Notes: generated from the letters alone by a model not told the origin. 64,000 nt of DNA from Leptogorgia sarmentosa (GCA_964658305.1 OZ210885.1:4030001-4094000), one strand, 5' to 3'; positions 1 to 12,979 are shown, numbered from the stretch's first letter. Numbers and translations are program-made.

Positions 1-360
1 TGTATGAGTGAAATTCCTCAACAAGTTCTACCAATGTCTGCTAGCTTACAACATGCCACATAAAGTCAAAAGGTAGGTTGTTGCACGCCCCAAAGACTCG
101 GAAAAGACGTCATGGTGCAACATCTTCTACCGCCTCATCCCCAAAAATGCCATCGCCTCCATTACCAAGGAACGACAGTTTTCTGCAGCAATGATCAACA
201 ACCAAACCCAACTGGTCATCATGGACGAATGGTCGGCGACGAGAATGGACTCGGACCTTGCCAAATGCATCCTGCAAGGAGGTTGGATGGTCAGCGCGGT
301 CAAGTACGACCTTCCACGGACTGTCATGAACAATAGTCCCTACTACATCACCATCAATCA
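1..360 (+). pseudogene. SF3 (D5-like) helicase fragment, copy A of the YR-helicase element
   Basis: Degenerate Walker A (RPKDS-GKTSW across a frameshift, ~86-116), Walker B LVIMDEW, motif C PYYITIN; clearly homologous to 3720-4520 and 52318-52770. Confidence 0.75.
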
Positions 361-539
361 CTCCTCACTCTCCATCACCATCATCATTCGCGTTTCAAAA
401 AAATGTTTTTTAAGAATTTTTATGACCCCCCGTCACCACCACCGCCTCCGGAAATCCTGGTGCCGGACTGGGACCCAGACACTGATGATGATCAATCGCA
501 GTTAATGCCAAATGTGTGTGTCTGTAATTCTTCCCAGTC

Positions 540-792
540 AATTCAACCAGGAGTTATATGAACACTAACTTTAAACTAACCCAAAGTTATATCAACGCTA
601 ACTTTAAACTAACCCCAACCCGGCACGTAAATCTGACCTTAACCAAGCCTTGCTAACACTGTTGAAATTGTTTTAAATCTGTTGTGATTCAATTCAACCA
701 GAAGTTATATCAATGCTAACTTTAAACTAACCCCAACCCAGCACGTAAATCTGCCCTAACCAAGCCTTGCTAACACTCTTGAAATTGTTGTA
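540..792 (+). repeat. Local direct duplication with AACTTTAAACTAACCCCAACC units between the helicase and recombinase 3' ends
   Basis: 540-670 and 691-792 are near-identical; AACCCCAACCCAGCAC(G/A)TAAA recurs at 51279-51320. Confidence 0.7.
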
Positions 793-974
793 CATTTTTT
801 CTAACATTCTTACAATTTTTTAACACTTTCTTGCAATCTTTTGCAAAAATTTACTCAGAAAAGACTTTCGCCCTAATATTACTATACTTTAAAGGACAGT
901 TAGAGCACAACTGCAAATACGGGCTACTTGCATGCGTAGCCCGTGATTAGCAGCTGTAGCCCGAGCGTAGCCTT

Positions 975-1993
975 AGCACTTCACAGGATCTTTTCTTCTG
1001 ATAATGTACCCGGGCAACGTTAGAGCTATGCTTTTGGTCTTCAGATATCCACTGCTGTTCGTTTGGCAGGAGAACGTGCACACTTTCTGTTTCGATAATC
1101 TGTATGTACCTAGTTGGATGAATGTATTTTCCTATTGCTTCAAACACCAATACACTCAAAAGATTAGAAAGTTTTTGGAACTGTTTACCGTTTCGATTCA
1201 CTAACACATAGTCGCAAGTGGGTGTAAGAAGGGGCCTTAAATACGCTATATACTTTTCCAGTAACTGGATCCTGCATTCGTCAAAGTAAACACTGTCAAA
1301 CCCATACGTTTTAGCCGTCTTGAACACTTTTTGATCCACTATTCCTTCGTTTCTTTTCGCACATTCAAACATTCGCAAGGTCAGATGTTGGTAGGTCATT
1401 GGGCGGCAACCTTTCACTTTGAGGAACATGTAAGCTGCAACGAATCTGGTGGCAAATTTCACGTCCCCTGTTTTGACTGTAGAAGGTGATATCATACAAT
1501 TTTCTAATACAGATTTATAACAGTCCTCATGAAATGGAATGACAGATTGTACTTCGGAAAGAGTTGCCCAACTTCTACAGGATGCAAAGTTTTGAAGCAC
1601 TGTTGCAGGGGGACGATTGAATCTGCAAAAACCTAGTAAATCAGAAATACTTGTGACATACCCAATTTGTCCTGATTCTCCAATACACCACTTCTCTTTG
1701 AGAGCGTCCACAAACTTTGTTAATAGTTGTGGAGACCCTAAGGCGTAATCGATGAGATTAGGTGCATTGAGCATGTCTTCTTCGCCCTCGCCATTCTCGT
1801 TACAACAAAACTTTATGAACTTTAATGCTCGCTTAACTGAAACATCCGATTGTGTGGAAGATTTGCCGCCGCCACAGCTGCTTTGAAGCCATTTTGAAAA
1901 CGATCTAGCAAAGTCATTATCTGTAGAACAGCCCGGGACTGCTTTACCACATCTTCGCTGCCTTTCGGTGATTGCAAGCGACGAAAGGCACAC
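975..1993 (-). pseudogene. Tyrosine recombinase/integrase, copy A (N-terminus deleted, C-terminus replaced)
   Basis: Catalytic set R (GCRPMTY), K (VFKTAKTYG), HxxR (HPTR), H..Y (QKHSSNVARVHY); near-identical to 50221-50830 on the opposite strand. Confidence 0.85.
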
Positions 1994-2380
1994 TTCGGAA
2001 CCTAAGCGGTGCGGAACAACTTAAATTGAAAAGGAACAGCTATTTAAACGGAACACATTGTAGAATTAATCAATGATTAATCACCTCACCAAAAGGGGAA
2101 CAACCCCTTTATTTACATGTGTTCCTAATATGATGTTTTAATATATTCATACATGATAGTGAAAGATTTTCACTTCTCTTACCACGTATATTTGCAAATT
2201 TAAATTATTTTTTTGCTTCATTGACCATGCGTATGTTGTGGTTTGGCCCAATAACGGTTATTTGCGCAGCAGACCGTAAATCATGCGAAATTGGCCTTTA
2301 AATTTCATTGTTAAAGGAACAATATTTAGGGATATGTATGATAATCAAAGTACTAAATGTTGTTCCTTTGATGTTCAGAT
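1994..2380. promoter_or_regulatory. Divergent intergenic/control region of the YR-helicase element
   Basis: 2095-2296 is the reverse complement of ~49402-49603; 2340-2375 reverse complement matches ~54092-54122; GGAACA/TGTTCC-rich. Confidence 0.6.
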
Positions 2381-2508
2381 GCACATTTCGTACATGAAAA
2401 CGCTTAAAAAGCCAACACGATTTACACTTTGCCCATAAACATTGCACCGTTCGAGTGACACTGGAAAAACCGTTAGAAAGTAAAGTAAAGTAAAGTAAAG
2501 GGCAAAAC

Positions 2509-3708
2509 TAGGAATCCAAGGATAGTGCAAAGTTTCTACGAAGATATCGAGCTAAAGCTGATGTCGCTTGGCAGCCTGTTTGGCCCTGTTGTGATCCGAA
2601 TTGCCGTTAAAAAATCATTCCATGTAACATCAGCTCAAAGAAAAGCTTGATGTAGTATAATAAAATAATTTAAAAGATTTTATAGCCAAAAAAGGAAATA
2701 CGCACGTTCAAATTTCGCGTTCTCGACATTATTTTGTTGATTCTCTGACCTCTAACCTTCAAGCGTTATAATAATAAAACGGAGTGTAACAACGAACAGG
2801 TGATTATGCAGTACTCAACAAATGTACAACCTGTAGGCTACCTCTGAGTAGTAATGGAAATTCAGTCTACTCACAATTTTAGGCCAACTTTAAATTTACT
2901 TTTCTTCGCCTACATATATAGTTAATTCTACTTGCTGCGAAATTGAAGAATCCCTGAGTCGCTGCCACTAATCATGTAAACAATCTAGACAAGCAACCCA
3001 AGCTTACTGAAGCTGTTGTCCTGTTGACTATTTTCTATCAGTATGATCATGAATCGTGTCGTCTATTTAGTCGACTAAAATATATTACAAGGCAAAAGCG
3101 AGCAACTGGCTGAATTTGATTGTAGTAAATTATTCTTTTACATTGGGAGTACATGGATGGGAATATTTCCATAACAGCTAGGCCGCGACTATGGCGAGAA
3201 CAAATGGAAACAAACACGTTCAAATAAATGCGTGAAGCGAATATATCGACCATTATATATCAATCGTATGAACTAAATAAGATTTAAAATTATGGTTTTC
3301 TTGTTGCGACGAGTTTACTGTGTTACTGCATCAAGTGTACCCTCAAGGCAAAGACGGCAAACTAAAAATGTATGCAGATTTATAATATCCACGGCAGCAG
3401 TTGATAGTATGAGCTATGGCTATTTTTGTTCATGACAACCCATACTTGTTTTCTAGATTCATCACAGATATTAAAATAACATTTTAACCGCTTTGGCAAC
3501 ACGCTCAAAGCTTCAAACATTGTTGAAACTTGGCCACATTACTGATTCAATGTCGCACTCCTTAGCGTCTGCCATATTGTATTACACAAATATTTCATCC
3601 AAAGAACACATGCTGAGTTGCAATTTTCGCAAAAATCCAAATTCGGGAGGGGCTTTGCGGCATTGTGTACTATAACTCGAGGCATCTTAAATTACATTAC
3701 TTCCCTAG
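2509..3708. mobile_element. Non-coding dispersed repeat (putative non-autonomous DNA transposon)
   Basis: Starts CTAGGAATCCAAGGATAGTGCAAAGTTTCTA as at 12033; collinear internal similarity to 12033-12740; ends TTCCCTAG followed by TTAA. Confidence 0.55.
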
Positions 3709-3719
3709 TTAAATTTCTT

Positions 3720-4521
3720 ATCCATACGAATAGCTGCATACTACTGGTTCTCTTTGGACCAAGAGATTCCTGGAAGTCATCCTGGGCAAATATATTTCAT
3801 CGAACAATTCCAGCAAGTGCGATAGCCTCCCTCACGAACGAGGCAATTTTCCAGCGGGATGATCACCAACGACACCCAGCTCGTGATTGTGAACGAGTGG
3901 TCATCCACCAACATGCATGCCGACGTGACCAAATGCATCCTCCAAGGTGGGTGGATGGTGACTGCCGTGAAACACGGTATGCCAAAGACGGTGATGAACA
4001 ACAGCCCCTAATAAATTACCACCAACCATCTACCAACATTTGGCGCTGAGGAAGACGAGAATGTGAGGTGAAGAATCCAGGTGTATGAAACCACATCGTT
4101 GCCGCAATGCATTCCGGAAATAGACCACTGGATCTATGACAACGCCATGGATCGTATCGCGTGGATTGCACAGGAAAATCACCACCACATCGATGCAAAC
4201 GAACTTCGGTACGAGGCCAACAATTTCGCCCCCACAACCATTGGAATGAACGAAGGTGAGCGGCTGTTCAACGAAGCCCAGGTACGTGCCATCTCTGCTG
4301 CTGATCTCCACGAGGAGGAGGACGACATCCAGACCGTCGAGTCTACGGGTGCAACCATTCATCCACGGTTCGCTGCTGAGGTCCGTGCACAACGACTCTT
4401 GGGAAAGAGGAGGAAGAATACTCAGCGGCTTCTCTCATACACCTCAGGAGAAGAGGAAGAACCGGCCATGCCAGATACCCTCCCTTCTACACGTACAGTA
4501 GAGGATAATACCTCTCCTTCC
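3720..4521 (+). pseudogene. SF3 (D5-like) helicase C-terminal half, copy B (frameshifted)
   Basis: LFGPRDSWKSSW (mutated Walker A), LVIVNEW (Walker B), ITTN-like motif C, then YETTSLPQCIPEIDHWI..WIA homologous to 52380-52100. Confidence 0.75.
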
Positions 4522-5486
4522 GTTTTTGCGAATATTGCGAATTTTAGAAGGTGAAGGGGTAGAAATTTCCCGAGTGGGTTTGTGGAAGTTTCTGGAGCGG
4601 TTCAAACAAAACCAGACGCTGTCAACGGCACCACCACAGCGAAAGCAGAGCGTTCCAACGGACGTTTTAAATTTTATCGACAGGCAGATGGAAAGCAACG
4701 ACGAGTTAACTTCCCCAAGACTAAAACAACTGATTGAAGCGAACTTTGGTTTGAAGTTTTCGTGCTCGAAAATTAAGACACTCAGAAGAAAGTTAGGCTG
4801 GTTGGCCACGGAGTCAAAATATTGCCAACTCGTGAAAGAGCCTAATCAACCCAAGCGTCTAGAATTTGCTCAAAGATGTTTGAATAACAAAGATGACTTC
4901 AACGACGTGATTTTCACAGACGAAAGTTCTATCCAAATGGATGGCATGGAAAAATTACTTTTCATCGCTCGTGGGAACCACCGAGACAAAAGGGAGTACC
5001 AAAGCATCCCTATAAAGTCCACGTTTGGGCTGGCATTTCAAAGCGTGGAGCAACGGGGATAGCCATATTCACTGGATGCATGGATGCAGAATTTTATGTA
5101 GAGACTATTTTGAGAAATACATTGCTTCCATTTATTTCAACGTATTTCCCGGACGGCCATCGTTTCCAACAAGACAATGATCCGAAGCATACAAGCAAGT
5201 TAGCGAAATCTTTCTTCGAGGACGAAGGTGTAAATTGGTGGGAAACACCACCAGAGAGTCCAGACCTCAACCCGATTGAACTGGTGTGGTTCACTTTAGT
5301 GAACATGAACTAAAGCATCATCTGAGAACAATTGTGAAACCAAGAACGAAGGAAGCTTTAGTTGGCGGCATTACCCAATTTTGGGCTCAAGCGATGACTG
5401 TTGCAAAATGCAAAAGATACATTAATCATGTAAAAAAAGTTTTGCCAATTGTAGTTGAACATGAAGGGCGGGCATCGGGTTGTTAA
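4522..5486 (+). mobile_element. Tc1/mariner DD34E transposase, frameshifted, 5' truncated
   Basis: [27 protein letters not shown]; 34 residues between the second D and E. Confidence 0.92.
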
Positions 5487-6563
5487 ATTAGCTCTTAGTC
5501 TCTTATATTAAATAATTTGATAGTAAATAATTAATGTAAATATTGCAATATTCAAGAACTCATTTTAACAGTAATAATACGTACACTAATATCTATATAG
5601 ATATTATTGATCTCTTGTTTGTCTTTTAATTTATTGTAAGTTTTATAACATTTTGCCGTTTACAATTGTTCCAAATCTACATCTTGTATTCTTTACTTAG
5701 CAAGTAAAGAATACAAGTTTTAAAGAATTTCAAATTCAAACAGTAAATATAGCCTTCAACCTTTTGACTAAAATTTTAGTCAAACTTATATTTATAACTA
5801 CATAATTATATACATGAACTTATATAATACGATTATTAGGTTTTTGTATAATATTCATTTTGAAGCAGATGTTTTGAATATAGAAAAAACCCCAAATTCT
5901 GAATTAGCTGGATACCCTATAGTTACTTAGCCATATTTCCTTTTTAGGAATGAGGCATAGTGTTATTAATATTATAAAGTTTCCAAAACATCAATAGAAA
6001 TAGATCTATTGTCCAAGCATATCTTTGTCAGTTAATTATAATCCTGTTGTGACTGTTGTTTGCATTAATTGCCTTGAAAAAAACAACATAAATAGTTTGA
6101 AGCATAAATTTATGCTTCAGTATCAAGCACGGAAATCCATATATATTCCTTTAAGAATTTACACGTTTTGAGCGGTGAACGAAGAAGCATCCTAAATTTA
6201 GTAATATTGGAAAATTTGCGAAAAAATGCCCATTTGAAAAAGTGTGATATAAGCTACTGTATAATGGGCTTGGGTTCGTTTGCATCAGACAGAAGTCGAA
6301 AACAAAAACAATAACCAATTAAGACAAAGTGCCCTCTTTACATCCGCGTGTTTTGTCAATAAACAATACTTATAACACAAATCATTTCTGGTTCATTGTT
6401 CTATTTTTGACAAACAACCGATGAGTCATCGACTCCAGAAGAGTATAAATATGTTGGAAATTTTTATGCAGCGTCATTCTGTACATCACAGCTGCAACTG
6501 CGAAATCACTTCTCTGCGAGATATTTACAAAACAACTAAAAAGTCTAAAGTTAAAATTTCAAA

Positions 6564-8065
6564 ATGCTTCGTCGACTGACTAAAAATTTGAAGTATGCAG
6601 TGGTGTATTTTCCTGTGGACGATTCTGTCTCGCGAATTGCGACAAAGGATGTTGTCATGGTCGAAGGTGGCGGAGAAATAAAGGAAAAATCGAAAGTTTT
6701 CGTCCTGGTCAAATGTGAGAGATATCTGGCTTACATCTTATATCTTTCTGGTAAATATAAATATTAAATGTAATGTAATTTCTTCTGATTAAACAATAGT
6801 TGTAGCAATTAAAAATTTATAAAAAATATATTTATTTATATAGATGATTATTCTTCTGTGAATCAAGCCGAGGAGAAATTTTTAAGGTTGACGAAGGAAG
6901 AGTTGCAGTACGCACTCCAGATAGAACTGGACGAATTTTACGAGGATGAAGATGAAAACACCGAATCCATCCTAACTAAAGGCCCAGAACCAGAGGGAAA
7001 ACGACCAAAGTTGTCTATTGCTAAAGGAAAGACGCAAAAGAAAAAGGTTAAAAAGAGGAAGAACGACGAAGCTGACAAAGAAAACGCATTACCAAATGCT
7101 AAAAAGACAAAGAAAGCAGAGAAGCTGAAACGAAAACAAAAGGTATACCTGATTGCAATTACTGTAAATTCGACAACTTATATGAGGTTTATAGTGCCTG
7201 CTTTATACTCTAGTGTGAGGTCACTATAGTTACAACTTATAGCTACGTAATTTGCCAGCAGAATTGAAACTTATTTGACATCTTTTCTGTAACTTATACG
7301 TTAATAGAATCCCGCAGTTCTGATTGAAATCGGTAACGCCCCTAAATGCCTAACACCTGTCGAGCCAATGGAAACTGACAAGGCGGCTGATACAGAATCG
7401 GAACTTTCCATGGAATCATCCGAATATGGTTCAGAAACTGACGGCGATGACAATCGAATACAACCAGCAGTTACGGTCATCAACACGGAAGAAAGCGAGT
7501 CACCACGCAGCCTATCGCGAGAGGAGTTGGACGGTATGAGCAACCAGTCAATACTTTTCGGCAGTCCTGGCCCAATAGAAAAGGTTACTTGCTTCAGATT
7601 AATAGAAACGCCTGACAAGACAAAGCCAGTCCCGTCATTTCATATTCCTGCGTCTGTTGCAAAGTCGACCCAGACCCACTCCGAACAAAAAGACATAAAC
7701 ACAGAAATTATGGAGAAACTCGATCAAATTCTTGAACATCAAGTTGTCATTTTATCAACTTCAAATTCGCAGCCAAACTGATGCAGTCGAAAACCCCACC
7801 TTCAATGAAATTGCGCCGACAGAGCTTATCCCGACGCCAGCGATAACTGCCACCAATATCAACCCGGTAGTTAATGATGCTATGCTGGCAGAGACACTCA
7901 GACTCAAACCAAAAAGTTCAAGTGCTGGAAATTTAGCAGCTAAATTAGTAAGAATTATATTTAATCCAGACGAACTAATTAATAGAAATTGCTCTGGCTC
8001 ACATGGTAAGGAAAAACTGGATGAAGAAAAACCTAAAAAATTGACAAATTATGTGTGTAAAGCTT
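6564..8065 (+). pseudogene. Intron-containing BEN-domain-like protein (transposon accessory type)
   Basis: Exons ~6564-6749, 6844-7142, ~7309-8065 with GT-AG boundaries; N-terminal YAVVYF, Lys-rich linker, C-terminal SAGNLAAKLVRIIFNPDELINRNCSG..KEKLD BEN-like; one frameshift near 7750. Confidence 0.6.
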
Positions 8066-8120
8066 AAGCAATCCCGCGGGATGGGATTCCCGTCCCGCGG
8101 GACGGGATACGGGATTGTTA
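8060..8120. repeat. GC-rich palindromic CCCGCGGGA cluster, probable MITE end truncating the BEN gene
   Basis: ATCCCGCGGGATGGGATTCCCGTCCCGCGGGACGGGATACGGGATT. Confidence 0.45.
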
Positions 8121-8634
8121 ACTTTCCCGTGGTCGGTACTGTACGCTTTCCAAATCTCTCCAAAAACTTAATAAAGCCGGAATGGAAATTAGAGAGAAGC
8201 AATACGATATTTATTTATAACTTTAATTACTTTCTTATTACTTCAATGATAGTATACATTTTATACTGTGTGAGTGTGTATTTTGATATATAAATTATAC
8301 AGATAATATGCTGAATATTTTAATGTTGTATCCAAAGTCTGCCAACTAGCTATACATTACATTATTTATAACCAGGATTTATATTGATTATTGGTAATAC
8401 TATGGTGTTACCCCTCATTTTTCGAATGTTTATATATTTCTATTTCACTTTGCATTCAAGCGACCAATGCAATCACTTCCGCCTTGGTTTGCACAAGGGC
8501 TAATGTGCCGAGAAGCCAATAAGCCCTGGGTACGAAGTTGCATTGCTTCTGTCTTCCCTCGATTTGTAGTTAGCTTGTTTTTACTACACCATTCTTGTAT
8601 TTTGCGTCATTTGAGTTAGTCTATCAACCACAAA

Positions 8635-8940
8635 TATTTGCAAGGCAGAACAATCCCAACACTTAATGCCTATGAACATTACTAGTACCTTGGGGTTCCT
8701 ATCGGAATGATCAAAGTCTTATCAATTCAGCAACTTGCCGACGACCTATGCGTAGACCTACTGATCGAAGTGATTCGTAACATCTGCGACCTTCCACTAT
8801 GTGCAATATCCCACTTCATATCCGCCCCAGCAAAAGCTGGTGGCCCTGGCTTCCAAGATCCAACAGCTGAAGTCGACGTTCAGACCATCACTCAGGCAAT
8901 CAAAATGCTGTCCTCTTCCGACCCATTTGTTTCCCTTGGG
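8635..8940 (+). mobile_element. R2/NeSL-like non-LTR retrotransposon fragment (end of RT/thumb)
   Basis: Y*YLGVPIG motif followed by FISAPAKAGGPGFQD..AIKMLSSSDP. Confidence 0.5.
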
Positions 8941-9249
8941 TAGCTCGCTGGCTATCTGGCTCGCTCGCTAACTAAGCAGCATCTTTATTCATGAGATTTA
9001 CATTGATTGATTTTTTCGCAAACTTATAATGAATATGGTCGAGAATTCGAAAGGTGGAAACACGTTATCGTCTCATCAACCGACCAAACGGCGGCGACAA
9101 ACTCATCCCCATGTATTTCTTCCACAATCGTAGCTCGCGGTTGCCGCGTATAAAAGGTAAGCGTATGCAACCTAAAACTCATACATACCTGACGCAAGAG
9201 GCACCTTGATCTAGTGTACTCGTGGTCACATTGCTTGTGGGAGTTCTTA

Positions 9250-11130
9250 TGAAGCAAGCAAGGCAAAAGGGCAGGAGCCCAAAGTCTCAGTAAGGTGAGT
9301 GTGCAGGTTGGCAAGGACAGCTAGCATGAGGCAAGGATAAAGGGGGAAATCCAAGCAACCCTCCCGAACGCCGAATCCCAAGCCAGCTGCCGCCGCACGG
9401 GAAGTTCCACACCCATGGCTAGAAGGCCACAATCCTTACGAATCGACACAAGACCGGTCTTCAAAGGAAACGAATCGAAAACACCGAATACTTAACGCGA
9501 GAAGAGATTTTAACATCCTTACATGAAAACGGAATCAAAAAAGAGGACTTGCAAGGGATTGAAATCCAAGGTCGTCATACCGTGTAGGCAGTGTTCCACA
9601 ACTATGGCACAAGGAACCGCTTTATGAACAAGTGAATAACCGTGCGGGAAAAAACCCTGTACAGAAAAAGAATCACCCAGGTACACATATACAATTTCCC
9701 CATTAGCCGGCAAGATTCAAGACCTTGAAATGGTCATAAGGCATTACGTCAGCAACCCAGAACGCAATGGAAATAGAAACCACAGACAGGAAACCGCGAT
9801 CAACCCAAACAACCTCAAGTACCACCGAAACGATGGAAACCATGGAAACAACCGAAGCAACAGCCGGCGATCCACCCGGTGCGAGCAAATCAAGAGGGGC
9901 AGCCAACACGGACAGCGACTCAGAGTTCACCATCAAAGATGGCGACCAGACAAGTGAATACGACCAGAACCAGATTTTCTTTACTCAAGTAACACAAACA
10001 AAGCGCAACCGAAAGAATTCGCCGAAACAATCAAATAAACAAACGCACAAAAAAGCACGTAAAGATAAGGACTATGACAAACATTATAAACATTTACGCA
10101 CCCACAGAAGACCACAAACGGGACACTTTTTTCGAGGCACCAAAGAAACTCGCGATATCCACGCAATATACCATGGAGATTTTAATTGTATTGACAATAT
10201 ACCAAGGGACAAAAGATGCGGCCACGCTAAAAAGATGCACGGAAAGTGAAAACACTTTTGACTTATGGAGAAATATACACCCAGGAACAAAGCAACACAC
10301 CTGGTCGAAGGCAGACAAGAGCATACAAACACGCATAGACAGGATATATATTTCAAAACACCGGGAAACGGAATCGACAGCCAAAATCGTAGCATGCCCA
10401 ATATTGGACCACGACTTGGTACAAGCGACCATTGTATTCCAACAGGAAAACCCAAGAGGATCCGGTACGTGGAAACTGAATAACAAACTCCTAAAAGACT
10501 GAATGGTGGGACGAACAAAAAGAACGTAGCCGAGCAGTGTGGCAAGAACATGGGGAGAAGCCAACACGGTATTTCTTCGGCCTAGAAAAAAAAACCAACA
10601 ACAACATACGATCACAGCACTACAAACACCCGAAGAACAAGTCGCCAATGATATAGACATCCTGAATGAAGTGCAAAAGTTCTATAAAGAAGTCTGTATA
10701 CGAAAGAACAAAAAAAAACTGGCGGATCACAAACAAATAGAGTGCGATCATGAGTTAGCTATATAAGAACTCACAGAGGCCCTGCAAACGATGCCAAACA
10801 ACAAATCAACAGGCAAAGGTGGTCTCACAAAGGAGTTCTATAAAACATTCTGGAAACACATAGCTGAACTTTTGACAATGGTAGCAAACTGGAACCACAC
10901 GATCGAAAGCATGAGCCCAAGCCAACAAGAAGCCCTTTTAAAGCTCCTCTATAAAAAGAACACAAAAGATCTGGAGACTGATCTCTCTGCTGAACATTGA
11001 TTACAAGATCATCGCAATAGCCTTTTCATTACAACTAGGTAAGGTACTACCATCTTTGGTCAGCACAGACATGCACCATCCCAAATGGAACAATACAGGA
11101 GAATTTAGCGACTATCGGAGACGTAAAACA
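9250..11130 (+). mobile_element. Degraded Tx1/L1-clade LINE (ORF1 remnant, APE endonuclease, start of RT)
   Basis: INIYAP, GDFNC, DLWR..HP, TRIDRIYI, DHDLV, GSGTWKLN; MPNNKSTGKGGLTKEFYKTFW; SLLNIDYKII. Confidence 0.85.
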
Positions 11131-11229
11131 TTACACCAAGGGTAAAGAACCAGTACAGTTGTCGATCTATAATTTCACAAAATTTATCAATCAAGAATGT
11201 CATGATCAAGTTCTAGCAGCTCTTCAGAT

Positions 11230-11923
11230 GTAGATGAACATTTTGTACAGTGTGAACAGCCTGACATCAAGATTGAAGGTGATGAGGCACAATATTCGCT
11301 GCAGCCATATTTATTTGAACCAATGCGAAAGCTGTCCAGTTCGGATGAAAAAAGCGAAGAGGAAAGAGTGGCAGCGAGGTGGAATCAGAGGGAGGTTCTT
11401 CTGGTGACGAAAATCGCCTGAACAATTTAGAATGGTAGGTTTCAATTTGTTTTTGTGTTTCACTACGTATTTTCCAAATAAGTTTACTCGCTTACTTGTG
11501 TCAGGTGTAAATCTGGTCATTGTCAAATTATGGACAGAGCAGATGAATGTGTTTGCTGTCAGGAAATCCCTGAAACGTTGCATCTAAATGAAGAAGTCAT
11601 GACCATTAGGAAATTAAAAGAGCCCCTGACATGTGGATAATCCAGCATTTGCTTCTGTGTGTCTCGATTACTTTGTACTTAGAACAGCATGGTTTCAGTA
11701 CAAGCAGCAGTATGACAACCCATTTGAAGGTCCTGATCATAAAAAATACAGACATGTTGCTTATCGGCAACTTGCACGACTAGGTTGGGAGGTCCTTGGA
11801 AGGCATACTAGGGTGGTACTTCCATCTGTTGGTGTAAGTTGTATCTGAGCCTATTAGCCACCACCTGGAGATGAAGATGATCATTCCTATGTTGGTTATA
11901 GACCACCTCAGGAAGAGAACTAA
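11230..11923 (+). pseudogene. P2X7 C-terminal (ballast)/Nanor-like Cys-rich protein, spliced
   Basis: QPYLFEP, GHCQIM..ECVCCQEIP, FASVCL, KKYRHVAYRQLA..W..LG...RVVLPS..VSCI; intron ~11435-11505; stops and frameshifts. Confidence 0.75.
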
Positions 11924-12032
11924 ATAGTTTTGTAGTCAACCAAATCAAAACCCTTATATACATATAGTTGTGAATAGTCTAGTGTTAGACTGTGTAAAGT
12001 ATTCAACATTGGCACCCTCCACTCAAGATTAA

Positions 12033-12740
12033 CTAGGGATCCAAGGATAGTGCAAAGTTTCTAAGGCCCGTTTCATACGTCGAATTTTGGTCATAAAAAT
12101 CATATTTGGAAAATAATCACTATCTTATTATTGGAAAGCAACTGGCAGTCGCAGAAGCGCACGTGTTAAAAGCAAATCAGATAAATCTCTGACCTCTGAC
12201 TGTTTTAAATTACATACACATCGTACTCGTACTGATACTTCTGCGTCATAATAAAATATCCAGTTAATTCACAGTATCAGGCCAATGTTAAATTTACTTT
12301 TGTATGCCTGTATATGGTTTAGTTCTTTTAGTATAGAAAATTCTGAAAATCCTCGGTATTTCTGGTAATAACAAACAACCGCGAGGCCAGAAGACGGGAA
12401 GAGTCGAAGACGGCGAAAACAAACACGAAAGCTATAAATGCGAAAGCTCGCAAGTAAGTTGGCTATCATCAACCATATTAACTAAATACGATTTAAAATT
12501 ATGGCTATCTTGTTGTGACAAGTTCTACTGTGTTACACATCTGAGTTTGCCCGCTATTTGCGAATTGCGATGGCAATGTCGGCCAACTAAATGTTTTAAT
12601 ATAATACGCACGGTGGCAGTTAACAGTAGCTATTTTAAATTGTGCACGACGAGCCAAATACAAGTTTTCTACCAATAATGATAATAAATTCAAATCTCTA
12701 GATTCATTGCTGATATATAAACATCATTACAACTGCTTTA
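12033..12740. mobile_element. Second copy of the 2509-3708 repeat family
   Basis: Shared 5' end and internal blocks (AGGCCAA..TAAATTTACTTT; AACTAAATA.GATTTAAAATTATGG); preceded by TTAA. Confidence 0.55.
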
Positions 12741-12979
12741 TCATGATGAACATGATTGTGACCGGATGATGACAAATAAGTTTTGCATAGTCAGGTTGTG
12801 ATAATTTACTTTTTTAGACCCAAATGGATAATTCAAAGAATTCACTTGTATCTATTACGAACGTGGCTGTGTATCAACCATCTTGCATATTATCCCTAAG
12901 AATTTATATCACCAAAGTAATAAACCCTATTCAAAATCTTCAATTGAATGACTCAAATTTATTTCATTTCAAACAAATT

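Noticed and set aside
947..1993. Prophage or bacterial contamination
   Set aside because: Embedded among eukaryotic transposons; the partner gene has a spliceosomal intron; no phage structural genes
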